A stretch of 32,000 nt of DNA, taken from contig LT962688.1 of NCBI GenBank assembly GCA_900234795.1, forward strand, positions 4,320,001 through 4,352,000. The letters are read 5' to 3'. This document shows positions 23,928 to 32,000 of this stretch, piece by piece. This stretch comes from Methylorubrum extorquens. Its GTDB lineage: Bacteria; Pseudomonadota; Alphaproteobacteria; Rhizobiales; Beijerinckiaceae. The notes beneath the pieces are model-generated. The model made no database searches. It was not told the origin of the DNA and worked only from the letters and a program-made list of their open reading frames with translations. Each line of letters begins with the position of its first letter. The first letter of the stretch is position 1. A program made the translations under genes and the position numbers.

Positions 23928-25511
23928 ATGACGGCGATCTGGTTTATCCTGGCGGCCATGACCGGCGCAGCCGTGTTCGCGCTGCTTTGGCCGATGTCGC
24001 GCCGCCGCCGGCAAGGGGTCGGTCCGGAGGCGGAGGGCGGCGACGGGCTCGCCACCGAGACCGGCTTCTACGAGGACCAACTCGCCGAGATCGAGCGCGA
24101 TCTCGGCCGTGGACTCATCGCCCCGGTGGAGGCCGAGGCGGCGCGCGCCGAGGCCGCGCGCCGGCTGCTGCGGGCGAGCCGCGAGGAGCGGGCGGACGGG
24201 TCGGGCGCCGCGCCGATCGCCGAGCCGCATCTGCGCCAGCGCCGGGCGGCTTCCGCCTTCGCGCTCTCCACGATCCCGCTGGTCGCGCTCGTCGTCTACG
24301 GCCTCTACGGCTCTCCGAATCTCCCCTCGCAGACCGACGCCGACCGCAAGGCGACGCGGGCCGGCGCGCAGGATCTGATGACCGCCATCGGCCAGATCGA
24401 GGCGCGGCTCGCCAACCACCCGGACGACGTCCGCGGCTGGAGCGTGCTCGGGCCGGTCTATATGCGGCTCGGGCGGTTCGACGACGCGGCCCGCGCCTAC
24501 GCGGCGCTCGTGCGCCTCAAGGGCGAGGACGCCCAGGCGCTGTCGGATTGGGGCGAGGCCCTGGTCGCGGCGGCCGACGGCACCGTCTCGCCGGAGGCGC
24601 GCAAGGTGCTGGGCCGGGCGCTCACCGCCGATCCGAAGGCGGCCAAGCCCCAGTTCTACCTCGCCCGCGGCGACGAGCAATCCGGCGACGTGGCCGGCGC
24701 CGTGCGGCGGCTGGAGGCGATGGCGGCCTCCGCCCCCGCGGATGCACCCTGGCTGCCGACGGTGCGCGACAACCTCGCCCGGCTGAAGGGCGAGACCCTG
24801 GCCGCGCCGAAGGCCGAAGGGGAGGCCGGGGAGGGCGCTCGGGATCGAGCCAAGGACGGCGCCAAGGACGGGGCCAAGGATGGGACGATGTCCGAGGCGC
24901 CGGTGGCCGGGCCGGGCAGCAACATCCAGGCGCTGCCGCCCTCCGAGCGGATCGACGCGATCCGAGGCATGGTCGAGGGGCTGGAGCGGCGCTTGGCCAA
25001 GCAGGGCGGCAGCGCCGATGAGTGGCTGCGCCTTGTGCGCTCCCACGCGGTGCTCGGCGAGCGTGACAAGGCGCTCGATGCCCTGGAGCGCGGGCGCAAG
25101 GCGTTTCCCGACGATAAGGAAGCCCAGTCGCGTTTCGATGCGCAGGCCCATGAACTCGGCCTCGCCGGGGCCGGGACGCCCCCGCCGAAGGCAGAGAACA
25201 GCGAAAAGCCCGGTGAGCGGAATGCGGCCGAGCCCGACACGGCCGCCAACGCGATCCGGGCGATGCCGCCAGCCGAGCGCGAAGCGGCGATCCGCGGCAT
25301 GGTCGCCAGCCTCGACCGGCGGCTCGCCGCCAAGGGTGGCAGCGCCGACGAGTGGATGCGACTCGTGCGCTCCTACGGTGTGATCGGCGACCGGGCCGCC
25401 GCAGCCCAAGCCCTCGACCGGGCCAGGATGGCGCTCGCCGCCAACCCGAAAGCGGTCGAACGCCTCGACGCGCTCGGCAAGGAACTTGGTCTGACGCCCG
25501 CTCAGCCGTAG
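23928..25511 (+). CDS. ccmI: c-type cytochrome biogenesis protein CcmI (CycH), unusually long with a duplicated C-terminal module
   Basis: ATG 23928 gives MTAIWFILAAMTGAAVFALLWP, followed by FYEDQLAEIERDLGRGLI and a second TM segment (AFALSTIPLVALVVYGLYG). TPR-like repeats follow. It sits upstream of ccmEFH. The 23853 start in the track is probably upstream shadow. Confidence 0.85.
   Translation: MTAIWFILAAMTGAAVFALLWPMSRRRRQGVGPEAEGGDGLATETGFYEDQLAEIERDLGRGLIAPVEAEAARAEAARRLLRASREERADGSGAAPIAEPHLRQRRAASAFALSTIPLVALVVYGLYGSPNLPSQTDADRKATRAGAQDLMTAIGQIEARLANHPDDVRGWSVLGPVYMRLGRFDDAARAYAALVRLKGEDAQALSDWGEALVAAADGTVSPEARKVLGRALTADPKAAKPQFYLARGDEQSGDVAGAVRRLEAMAASAPADAPWLPTVRDNLARLKGETLAAPKAEGEAGEGARDRAKDGAKDGAKDGTMSEAPVAGPGSNIQALPPSERIDAIRGMVEGLERRLAKQGGSADEWLRLVRSHAVLGERDKALDALERGRKAFPDDKEAQSRFDAQAHELGLAGAGTPPPKAENSEKPGERNAAEPDTAANAIRAMPPAEREAAIRGMVASLDRRLAAKGGSADEWMRLVRSYGVIGDRAAAAQALDRARMALAANPKAVERLDALGKELGLTPAQP
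24849..24884 (+). repeat. 3 x 12-bp in-frame tandem repeat (GCCAAGGACGGN) encoding AKDG-AKDG-AKDG inside ccmI
   Basis: The units are gccaaggacggc, gccaaggacggg and gccaaggatggg, at 24849-24884. Confidence 0.9.
24923..25493 (+). repeat. internal duplication in ccmI: two ~240-nt (80-aa) modules at 24923-25162 and 25254-25493
   Basis: The modules are IQALPPSERIDAIRGMVEGLERRLAKQGGSADEWLRLVRSHAVLGE...ELGL and IRAMPPAEREAAIRGMVASLDRRLAAKGGSADEWMRLVRSYGVIGD...ELGL. A hand alignment gives somewhat over half identical residues. Confidence 0.75.
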
Positions 25512-25673
25512 CGGAAGGCGGCCCCTGACAATCGGTCCCGCCCGTTCAACCTTGACCCCGCGGGCGGGCGGGCCGAAACCCGTCTCTTGATCCTCAGCAG
25601 ACGTCGCACCGCCGTCAGGCCTTCGCCAGCCTGAAGGAACGAGAAGAAGCCGACGAACCGGGACGGAACCGTT

Positions 25674-26207
25674 TTGACCCGCAAGAGCCGCCGCCTGATC
25701 CTCATCGCCGCCTGCGGCGCCGTGTTGGCGCTGGCGCTCGGGCTGATCCTGTCGGCGATGAGCGGCTCGATCGTGTTCTTCCGCTCCCCCGCGGAGGTGG
25801 CGGCGCAGGGCGTCCCGCCCGGCACCCGCTTCCGCCTCGGCGGCCTCGTCAAGGACGGCTCGGTGAAGCGCGGGCCCGACCAGAACGTCGAGTTCGCGGT
25901 GACCGACACCAACGCCACGGTGCCCGTGCAGTATCGCGGCCTGCTGCCCGACCTGTTCCGCGAGGGCCAGGGCATCGTCGCCGAGGGCACGCTCGATGTC
26001 GGCGGCGTGTTCCGGGCCGACACGGTGCTGGCCAAGCACGACGAGAACTACATGCCCCGCGAGGTCGCCGACGCCCTCAAGGCGCAGGGACGCTGGCAGG
26101 AAGGCGGGGGCAAGGAAGCCCCCAAGGACGCTTCTAAGGCGGCTCCGAAGGACGGGGCGAAGCCGGAAACGGCCGACGCCACCCTGGGCCAGCGCAGCGA
26201 GCGGTGA
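25674..26207 (+). CDS. ccmE: cytochrome c-type biogenesis haem chaperone CcmE (CycJ)
   Basis: The only in-frame start is [15 protein letters not shown] forms the TM anchor. RLGGLV and the haem-binding His in [10 protein letters not shown] are present. The C-terminal tail is K/A/P/D-rich. Confidence 0.9.
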   Translation: MTRKSRRLILIAACGAVLALALGLILSAMSGSIVFFRSPAEVAAQGVPPGTRFRLGGLVKDGSVKRGPDQNVEFAVTDTNATVPVQYRGLLPDLFREGQGIVAEGTLDVGGVFRADTVLAKHDENYMPREVADALKAQGRWQEGGGKEAPKDASKAAPKDGAKPETADATLGQRSER

Positions 26208-26253
26208 AAGATTCCATGACCGTCCGGACCGAAACCGCGCGAGGGGACTGCCG

Positions 26254-28254
26254 GTGATCGTCGAGATTGGCCATTACGCTCTGGCGCTCGCGCTGGCGCT
26301 CTCCCTGGTGCAAGCGGTGATGCCCGCCTGGGCCGCCCGCTCGGGCGACGCGGCTTTACGCGAGGTGGCGGGGCCCGCCGCGCTCGGCACCTTCGCCTGC
26401 ATCCTGTTCGCCTTCTGCGCGCTGACCTACGCGCACGTGACGTCGGACTTCTCGGTCCAGAACGTCGTCGAGAACTCGCATACCGCCAAGCCCTTGATCT
26501 ACAAGATCTCCGGCGTGTGGGGAAACCATGAGGGCTCGATGCTCCTCTGGGTGCTGATCCTCGCGTTGTTCGGCGCCTGGGTCGCCACCGCCAAGACCTC
26601 CGTGCCGCCGGTGCTGCGCACCAACACGCTGATGGTGCAGGCGAGCGTCACCTTCGTGTTCGTGCTGTTCATCATCACGACCTCGAACCCGTTCGCCCGC
26701 GTCGCGCCGGCGCCGCTGGAGGGCAACGACCTCAACCCGCTGCTGCAGGATTTCGGCCTCGCGATCCATCCGCCGCTGCTCTACCTCGGCTATGTCGGCT
26801 TCTCCGTCACCTTCGCCTTCGCCGTCGCCGCCCTGATCGAGGGGCGCATCGATGCCGTCTGGGCGCGGGCGGTGCGGCCCTGGGCCCTGATCGCCTGGAG
26901 CTTCCTGACGCTCGGCATCGCGATGGGCTCGTACTGGGCCTATTACGAACTCGGCTGGGGCGGCTGGTGGTTCTGGGACCCGGTCGAGAATGCCTCGCTG
27001 ATGCCCTGGATCGCCGGCACGGCGCTACTGCACTCCATCGTCGTCATGGAGAAGCGCGACGCGCTCAAAGTCTGGACGGTCCTGCTCGCCATCCTCACCT
27101 TCTCGCTCTCGCTGGTCGGCACCTTCATCGTCCGCTCCGGCCTGCTCACCTCGGTGCACAGCTTCGCCTCCGATCCGAGCCGCGGCGTGTTCATCCTCGC
27201 GATCCTCGCGCTGTTCATCGGCGGCGCGCTGAGCCTATTCGCGTGGCGGGCGCCGAGCCTGCGCCAGGGCGGCCTGTTCGCGCCGATCTCCCGCGAGGGC
27301 GCGCTGGTGATGAACAACCTGTTCCTGGTCGCCGCCTGCGCCACGGTGTTCGTCGGCACGCTCTATCCGCTGCTGCTGGAGATGCTGACGGGCGAAAAGA
27401 TCTCGGTCGGCCCGCCCTTCTTCAACTGGACCTTCATCCCCTTGGCGCTGCCGCTCCTCGTGATCGTGCCGTTCGGGCAGGCGCTCGCGTGGAAGCGGGG
27501 CGATGCCGCCGCCGCCGCGCAGCGCCTGCTGGCCTCCTTCGCGGTGGCCCTCGTCGTCGCGCTCGGCGCGGCGGCTTGGGCCTGGGGCGGCCCGGTGATG
27601 GCGCCCGTCGGCCTCGGCTTCGGCGCCTACCTCATCATCGGCTCCGTCCTCGAGATCTGGGCGCGCGCCCGCGGCTACGGCCACAACCGGACGCGCGATT
27701 TCGGCACGACGTGGCGCCGGGCGATCGGCCTGCCGCGCTCGGCCTGGGGCACGGCTCTGGCCCATGCCGGCGTCGGCGTCGTCGTGCTCGGCATCGCCGG
27801 GCAGGGCTGGGCCACGGAAGGGCTCGCGACGATCCGGCCGGGCGGTCAGGTCGCCTCCGGACCCTACGTCGCCACCCTCGACCGCATCGGCCCGACTAAG
27901 GGCGAGAACTATGAGGAGACCACCGCCTTCCTGACGCTGCGCAACCGCGCGGGCGACTATGTCGGCACGGCTGAGACCGGCAAGCGCTTCTATCCCTCCC
28001 GCCGGATGACGGTGACCGAATCCGGCCTGAAGACGGTCGGCGTCAGCCAGATCTACGCCAGCCTCGGCGAGGTGATGCCCGACGGCTCGATCGGCATGCG
28101 GCTCTACTACAAGCCGCTGGTGCTGCTGATCTGGATCGGTTCGCTAATTATGGCGGCTGGCGGCGGCCTCTCCCTCACCGACCGGCGCATGCGTGTCGGC
28201 GCCCCGGTCAAGGCGCGCGCCAAGCTGCCACCCTCCGCGGTGCCCGCCGAATGA
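26254..28254 (+). CDS. ccmF: cytochrome c haem lyase subunit CcmF (CycK)
   Basis: GTG 26254 has GAGGGG upstream. About 666 aa and polytopic. The WWFWDPVENASLMPW tryptophan-rich (WGGWWFWDPVEN) motif is present. The 25996 start in the track is shadow inside ccmE. Confidence 0.95.
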   Translation: MIVEIGHYALALALALSLVQAVMPAWAARSGDAALREVAGPAALGTFACILFAFCALTYAHVTSDFSVQNVVENSHTAKPLIYKISGVWGNHEGSMLLWVLILALFGAWVATAKTSVPPVLRTNTLMVQASVTFVFVLFIITTSNPFARVAPAPLEGNDLNPLLQDFGLAIHPPLLYLGYVGFSVTFAFAVAALIEGRIDAVWARAVRPWALIAWSFLTLGIAMGSYWAYYELGWGGWWFWDPVENASLMPWIAGTALLHSIVVMEKRDALKVWTVLLAILTFSLSLVGTFIVRSGLLTSVHSFASDPSRGVFILAILALFIGGALSLFAWRAPSLRQGGLFAPISREGALVMNNLFLVAACATVFVGTLYPLLLEMLTGEKISVGPPFFNWTFIPLALPLLVIVPFGQALAWKRGDAAAAAQRLLASFAVALVVALGAAAWAWGGPVMAPVGLGFGAYLIIGSVLEIWARARGYGHNRTRDFGTTWRRAIGLPRSAWGTALAHAGVGVVVLGIAGQGWATEGLATIRPGGQVASGPYVATLDRIGPTKGENYEETTAFLTLRNRAGDYVGTAETGKRFYPSRRMTVTESGLKTVGVSQIYASLGEVMPDGSIGMRLYYKPLVLLIWIGSLIMAAGGGLSLTDRRMRVGAPVKARAKLPPSAVPAE

Positions 28255-28712
28255 CCCGCTTTCGCTCCACGATCGCCGCGCTCGGCTTAAGCCTCGCCGC
28301 ACTTCCTGCGCTCGCTGTGCAGCCGAACGAGGTGCTGAAGGACCCCGCCATGGAGGCGCGGGCGCGGCACATCTCGGAAGGCCTGCGCTGCCTCGTCTGC
28401 CAGAACCAGTCGATCGACGATTCCGACGCGCCGCTCGCCAAGGACCTGCGCGTGCTGGTGCGCGAGCGGCTCAAAGAGGGCGACAGCAACGGCCAGGTCA
28501 TCGATTACGTCGTGGCCCGCTACGGCGAATTCGTGCTGCTGCGCCCGGTCTTCGGCTGGCACACGCTGCTGCTCTGGCTGAGCCCGCTGCTCGCCGTGGG
28601 TCTCGGCGCCTTCGGCATCTGGCGCCTGTCGCGCCGTCGCCCGCCGACACGGGTAGCGGGTCTGTCCAAGGCGGAGGAAGCCGAGGTCGAGGCGCTGCTC
28701 AAGCGGCCGTAA
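28251..28712 (+). CDS. ccmH: cytochrome c-type biogenesis protein CcmH (CycL)
   Basis: ATGA overlap with the ccmF stop. Has a signal peptide, the LRCLVCQNQSIDDSDAPLA motif (CxxC) and a C-terminal TM segment. Confidence 0.9.
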   Translation: MTRFRSTIAALGLSLAALPALAVQPNEVLKDPAMEARARHISEGLRCLVCQNQSIDDSDAPLAKDLRVLVRERLKEGDSNGQVIDYVVARYGEFVLLRPVFGWHTLLLWLSPLLAVGLGAFGIWRLSRRRPPTRVAGLSKAEEAEVEALLKRP

Positions 28713-28826
28713 GCTCACGGGGATCGGCGGAGGCGCCCCGGCGCCCTGCTTTCGCCCGATCGGACGGGCAGGGTCCGGCGCATCGTCGTCACCGCCCCGA
28801 CCTGCCGCGAGTCTCCCCCGAGCGCC

Positions 28827-29504
28827 ATGCCGATCGCCGCCTCCCTCAGACATCGCGTCCTGGCCGCCGCGCTCGGCCTCGTCGCCGGCCTTGCGACCGT
28901 GAGCCCGGCCTGGGCCCACCCCCATGTCTGGATCACAGCCAAGGCCGAACTTGCCTACGAGGCAGGCCGCGTCACCGGCATCCGCCATGCCTGGACCTTC
29001 GACCCCGAATACACCGCCTTCCTGACGCAGGGTCTGGACGCCAACGGCGACGGCAAGGTCTCGCCCGAGGAGCTTCAGGGCTCGGCCAAGGAGCATGCCG
29101 GCAACCTCGCCGAGTTCGCCTACTTCACGAAGCTCAAGGTGGCCGGCAAGGAGCAGGTCTTCGCCGAGCCGCAGGAGGCGCGCATGGCCATGGAGGGCGG
29201 CAAGCTCACCTTGAGCTTCCTGCTGCCGCTGAAGACCCCCGCCGCCCAGGGCAAGGGCGTCGCGGCGGTCGAGGTCTACGACCCGGCCTACTTCATCGCC
29301 TTCAGCCTCGCCGAGGGCACCGACGCGCTGCGCCTCGCCGGCGCCGCACCCGGCTGCAGCATGACGGTGACGCGGGCGAAGAACACCGAACCCACGGTGG
29401 CCTCCGCCGGCCAGTCGATGACCGAGGCGATGTTCGAGGCGCTGACCGCCGCCTCGAATTACGGCGAGCAATTCGCCAACCGGGCCATCGTCGCATGTCC
29501 CTGA
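28827..29504 (+). CDS. DUF1007-family periplasmic protein (partner of NicO-type metal transporter)
   Basis: The signal peptide ends PAWA. The mature N-terminus HPHVWI is typical of DUF1007. 225 aa. Confidence 0.82.
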   Translation: MPIAASLRHRVLAAALGLVAGLATVSPAWAHPHVWITAKAELAYEAGRVTGIRHAWTFDPEYTAFLTQGLDANGDGKVSPEELQGSAKEHAGNLAEFAYFTKLKVAGKEQVFAEPQEARMAMEGGKLTLSFLLPLKTPAAQGKGVAAVEVYDPAYFIAFSLAEGTDALRLAGAAPGCSMTVTRAKNTEPTVASAGQSMTEAMFEALTAASNYGEQFANRAIVACP

Positions 29505-30508
29505 CCGCGACCCTGCGCCCCGCGGGCGTGGCGGCCAGCCGGTGGCCGCTGCGGCTGGCGCTCGCCGCCGGGGCGGTGCTGGCGGCCGCCGCTCTCCTTG
29601 GCGGCATCGCCTGGGCGCTCGGCCCCGCCGCCGCGCCGCCGCCACGCTCGCCCTTCGGCATCGGTTTCCGCGAGGCCGCGCCCGCGACGACCGGACTCGG
29701 CGGCTGGCTGCTCGCGGTCCAGTCCAATTTCTCCAGCCACCTCCGCGCGGCGGTGACGGCGCTGAAGGCCGGCGGCCCTTGGATGCCGCTCATCGTGATG
29801 GGCTTCGCCTACGGCGTGTTCCACGCCGCCGGGCCCGGCCACGGCAAGGCGGTGATCGCTGGGTACATCGTGGCCGGCGAGCGCACGCTGCGGCGCGGCT
29901 TTGCCCTGAGCGCCGCGGCGGCACTGCTCCAGGCTCTCGTGGCCATCGCCATCGTGCTGGTCGGCGTCCTCGTCCTCAACACGACCGCCGCCGGGATGAC
30001 GCGGGCCGGCACCCTGATCGAGACCGTGAGCTTCGCCCTCGTGGCGGGGCTCGGCGCCGCGGTGACGTGGCGAAAGGCGGGGCGGCTTGCCGGCCTTGCC
30101 ACCGACGCGCCGCCCGAGGCGTGCGGTCCCGGCTGCGGCCATACCCACCTGACCGATGCCGCCGCCCTCGACCGGCTTGGCGGCTGGCGCGAGCGGGCGG
30201 GCGTGGTGCTCGCCGCTGGCTCGCGTCCCTGCGCCGGGGCGGTGCTGATCCTCGTGTTCTGCGCCGCGCAAGGCCTGCTCGCCGCCGGCATCGCCGCGAC
30301 CTTCGCCATGGCGCTCGGCACCGCGCTCACCACCGGGGCCTTGGCAAGCCTCGCGGTGTTCGCCAAGGCCCTGGCGCTGCGGCTCGCGGGCGGGCGCGGG
30401 CAGGCTGGCGCCCTCGCCGTCGGCGGGCTCGAATTGTTGGCCGGCGCTTTCGTGCTGGTGCTCGGGCTTGCCATGCTGTCGGGATTGGCGACCGGCTTGG
30501 GTGGCTAA
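29495..30508 (+). CDS. NicO/RcnA-like nickel/cobalt transporter family membrane protein
   Basis: ATG 29495 overlaps the DUF1007 gene by 10 nt. About 337 aa and polytopic. Signature FHAAGPGHGKAV is present, plus a Cys/His loop (CGPGCGHTH). The 28193 start in the track is shadow. Confidence 0.82.
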   Translation: MSLTATLRPAGVAASRWPLRLALAAGAVLAAAALLGGIAWALGPAAAPPPRSPFGIGFREAAPATTGLGGWLLAVQSNFSSHLRAAVTALKAGGPWMPLIVMGFAYGVFHAAGPGHGKAVIAGYIVAGERTLRRGFALSAAAALLQALVAIAIVLVGVLVLNTTAAGMTRAGTLIETVSFALVAGLGAAVTWRKAGRLAGLATDAPPEACGPGCGHTHLTDAAALDRLGGWRERAGVVLAAGSRPCAGAVLILVFCAAQGLLAAGIAATFAMALGTALTTGALASLAVFAKALALRLAGGRGQAGALAVGGLELLAGAFVLVLGLAMLSGLATGLGG

Positions 30509-30530
30509 ACGCCCTCTCGCCAAGTCCCTC

Positions 30531-30547
30531 GAAGCTGTGCAAGCTTC
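30531..30547 (+). terminator. short hairpin GAAGCT-gtgca-AGCTTC after the transporter gene
   Basis: A 6-bp stem with a 5-nt loop, followed by TCTCTTGG. A weak candidate. Confidence 0.25.
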
Positions 30548-30570
30548 TCTTGGATCGGGAGGAGCCCTGC

Positions 30571-31311
30571 TTGAGCGACCACTACGCCCTCGACGCCTTC
30601 GCGCCCCTCCTCAACTGGCGGCTCTTGAAGGGCTCGCACGCCTTCCCCGGACCGGACGGGGGCACCTGCATCAACGAGGCGGCGATGGTCGCGGCGGGGT
30701 TGCCCTATCGGGCGATCACCGCGAGTGAGGACTGTCCGCCCTGCTTCTCGCGGCCGCTGGCGGCCTACGCGCTCGGCCTCAACGACGCCATGCCGGAGGC
30801 CGAGCGGCAGGGATTGATGGCGTTCGTGTTGCGGCTTTCCGGCTCGGCGGATGCGCCCGCGGTCGAGGCCGCCCGCACCGCCTTCCTCGCGCTTGAGAGC
30901 GCCCGCCGCATCCTGCCGCCGCTGCTCGACGCCGCCGGATTGCCGGCGCTCGCCGCACGCTGCGAGACGGCCTCCGATGCGGGCGCGGCCAGGGTTGCGC
31001 TCCGTGCGGCCGAGATGCAGGGCGGCGCGCTGTCCCACGCCGCCGCCGGACGCCACGCCTGGATCGCGGGCGCCCGTGCGTCGGCCGTGTCGCGCACCGC
31101 CACGGCGGCTTTGCGCGCCTTCGACGACCCGCGCAGCGCCGCCGAGGTGGCCGAGGGGGCGGCCCCCTTCGCGGATGGGACATGGCGGATCGCGCTCGGT
31201 CTCCTCGACGCGGCGCTTCGGATCGGCCGACAGGCCCCGGAGATCGATCTGCTCTCGGCCCGCGAGCGCCTGGAAGCCGCGCGGGCCAGCGTTCATGCGA
31301 AATCCAATTGA
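30571..31311 (+). CDS. hypothetical protein (246 aa, TTG start, Cys motif C-x25-CPPC)
   Basis: GGGAGGAG lies 6 nt upstream of TTG 30571. GC3 bias is very strong in this frame through to TGA 31309-31311. I do not recognise the family. Confidence 0.55.
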   Translation: MSDHYALDAFAPLLNWRLLKGSHAFPGPDGGTCINEAAMVAAGLPYRAITASEDCPPCFSRPLAAYALGLNDAMPEAERQGLMAFVLRLSGSADAPAVEAARTAFLALESARRILPPLLDAAGLPALAARCETASDAGAARVALRAAEMQGGALSHAAAGRHAWIAGARASAVSRTATAALRAFDDPRSAAEVAEGAAPFADGTWRIALGLLDAALRIGRQAPEIDLLSARERLEAARASVHAKSN

Positions 31312-31362
31312 TTGCTTCGCAACGTGGATTTCGTGCTCCGCTCAAGCGCCGCGCAGGCTTGA

Positions 31363-31401
31363 TGATACGGTGTCCGCTTTGATCAAGCGGGCATCGTATC
31401 A
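31363..31401. terminator. compound hairpin between convergent genes (TGATACG-GTGT-CCGCTT-TGATC-AAGCGG-GCAT-CGTATCA)
   Basis: Outer 7-bp and inner 6-bp perfect stems. It overlaps the stop codon of the minus-strand phosphatase gene. There is no U-tract. Confidence 0.4.
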
Positions 31402-32000
31402 GCCATAGGCGCGCGGGCGCGGCTCCGCCGTGAGATCGACTTCGAGCGCTTCGCAGTTGGCGAGCCAGCGCCCGGTCAGGTGGTAGAAGAAGGTGCAGTG
31501 GCCGACGACCCCGATGGTCCGCTCGGGCCGCGCCCGCAGCCAGTCGCGAAACCCCGAGACGCGCTGGTCGAACAGCGTCCGCGGCTCGACATGCCAGCCG
31601 TCGGGTCCGGCCTCGCCGTCCGCGTACCACCACGTCTCGGGAAGATGGCCGACTTGGAAGGCCGGAAATTCCTGCGCTAGCACCGAGGCCGCCCGGCCGA
31701 TGTCGCAACTGCTCTCCTGGCACTCGCGGTGGAGCACCTCGACCAGCACATCTGGCCGCGCCGGGTGATCGGAGAAGATCCCGGCGGTGGTCTGAAGCGC
31801 CCGGGTCAGCGGCGAGGTGACGACGAGTTCGAACGGAATCGCGCGCAGAGCCGCGCGGGCCGCGGCGACCTGGGCGTGGCCGCGCTCGGACAGGCGCGCA
31901 TCGATATGGCCGGGGTCGCGCCCCGTCGCCTCGTGATGCGCGTTGAACGTCGATTCGCCGTGGCGGATGCAGACGATGCGGGTGGTGGCAGGCGGGGTCG
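31399..32000 (-). CDS. histidine phosphatase (phosphoglycerate mutase-like) family protein, 5' end outside the window
   Basis: The minus frame is open from the window edge: ...RIVCIRHGESTFNAHHE...SERGHAQ...VVTSPLTRALQTT...VGHCTFF. The RHG and H catalytic motifs are present. The track lists only the part from an internal GTG (31749). Confidence 0.85.
   Translation of the reverse strand, partial: TPPATTRIVCIRHGESTFNAHHEATGRDPGHIDARLSERGHAQVAAARAALRAIPFELVVTSPLTRALQTTAGIFSDHPARPDVLVEVLHRECQESSCDIGRAASVLAQEFPAFQVGHLPETWWYADGEAGPDGWHVEPRTLFDQRVSGFRDWLRARPERTIGVVGHCTFFYHLTGRWLANCEALEVDLTAEPRPRAYG

Noticed and set aside
23910-26039. A 709-aa minus-strand ORF, with similar long antisense ORFs at 22123-23859, 5328-6704, 2747-3781, 10528-11661, 28287-29645 and 29459-30523.
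   Set aside because: Each is antisense to a confidently identified plus-strand gene (ccmI/ccmE, kinase, capsid, terL, tail genes, ccmH/DUF1007, transporter). Each has low-complexity R/G/P/A-rich translations. They are shadow ORFs.
28713-28826. A cobalamin or NiCo riboswitch in the leader of the DUF1007/NicO pair.
   Set aside because: At 114 nt it is too short for a cobalamin riboswitch and has no B12-box-like GCCACTG core. I cannot verify a NiCo fold by eye, so it is left as an Rfam check only.
1-32000. CRISPR arrays, tRNA or rRNA genes, IS elements.
   Set aside because: There are no regularly spaced repeats, no cloverleaf-like conserved T-arm or anticodon-arm candidates in the few intergenic gaps, and no transposase-like ORFs. 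The only repeats seen are the in-gene repeats in ccmI and the 11-bp pair at 20848.

Overview
This is a very GC-rich window, roughly 70% by eye. Gene content looks like an alphaproteobacterial chromosome, possibly Methylobacterium-like, though that taxon call is only inference. All family calls below come from motif recognition by eye; no searches were run.

Gene order, left to right:
1. cobH (3' end), cobI and cobJ, for cobalamin biosynthesis.
2. An AT-rich gap holding a 26-codon hydrophobic mini-ORF.
3. An RcGTA-type gene transfer agent head-tail cluster, about 2.1-18.7 kb. It runs g1-like, terminase, portal, prohead protease, capsid, then g6-g15 and a DUF2793 fibre-like gene.
4. A GH24 lysozyme followed by membrane and coiled-coil ORFs, which looks like a lysis cassette.
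5. A PepSY-like gene, an OmpR-type response regulator and a histidine kinase.
6. ccmI-ccmE-ccmF-ccmH (cycHJKL).
7. A DUF1007 / NicO-type metal transporter pair, a Cys-containing hypothetical, and a partial histidine phosphatase.

Main points for a second look:
- Two paralogous secreted S1 (chymotrypsin-fold) serine protease genes sit in inverted orientation exactly between GTA capsid g5 and connector g6. They leave only 6 bp and 33 bp of flanking spacer.
- The large tail gene g15 is broken by two indels: +2 in TATAT and +1 in a C6 run.
- Two firm +1 homopolymer shifts occur in a holin-like gene and the PepSY gene, and a weaker one in a small ORF, all within 14.7-21.1 kb. This is either real decay or systematic sequencing error.
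- A deleted vapB-vapC remnant is wedged antisense between the response regulator and its kinase.
- CcmI carries an internal duplication of about 80 aa.

I saw no integrase, transposase, tRNA, rRNA or CRISPR array.
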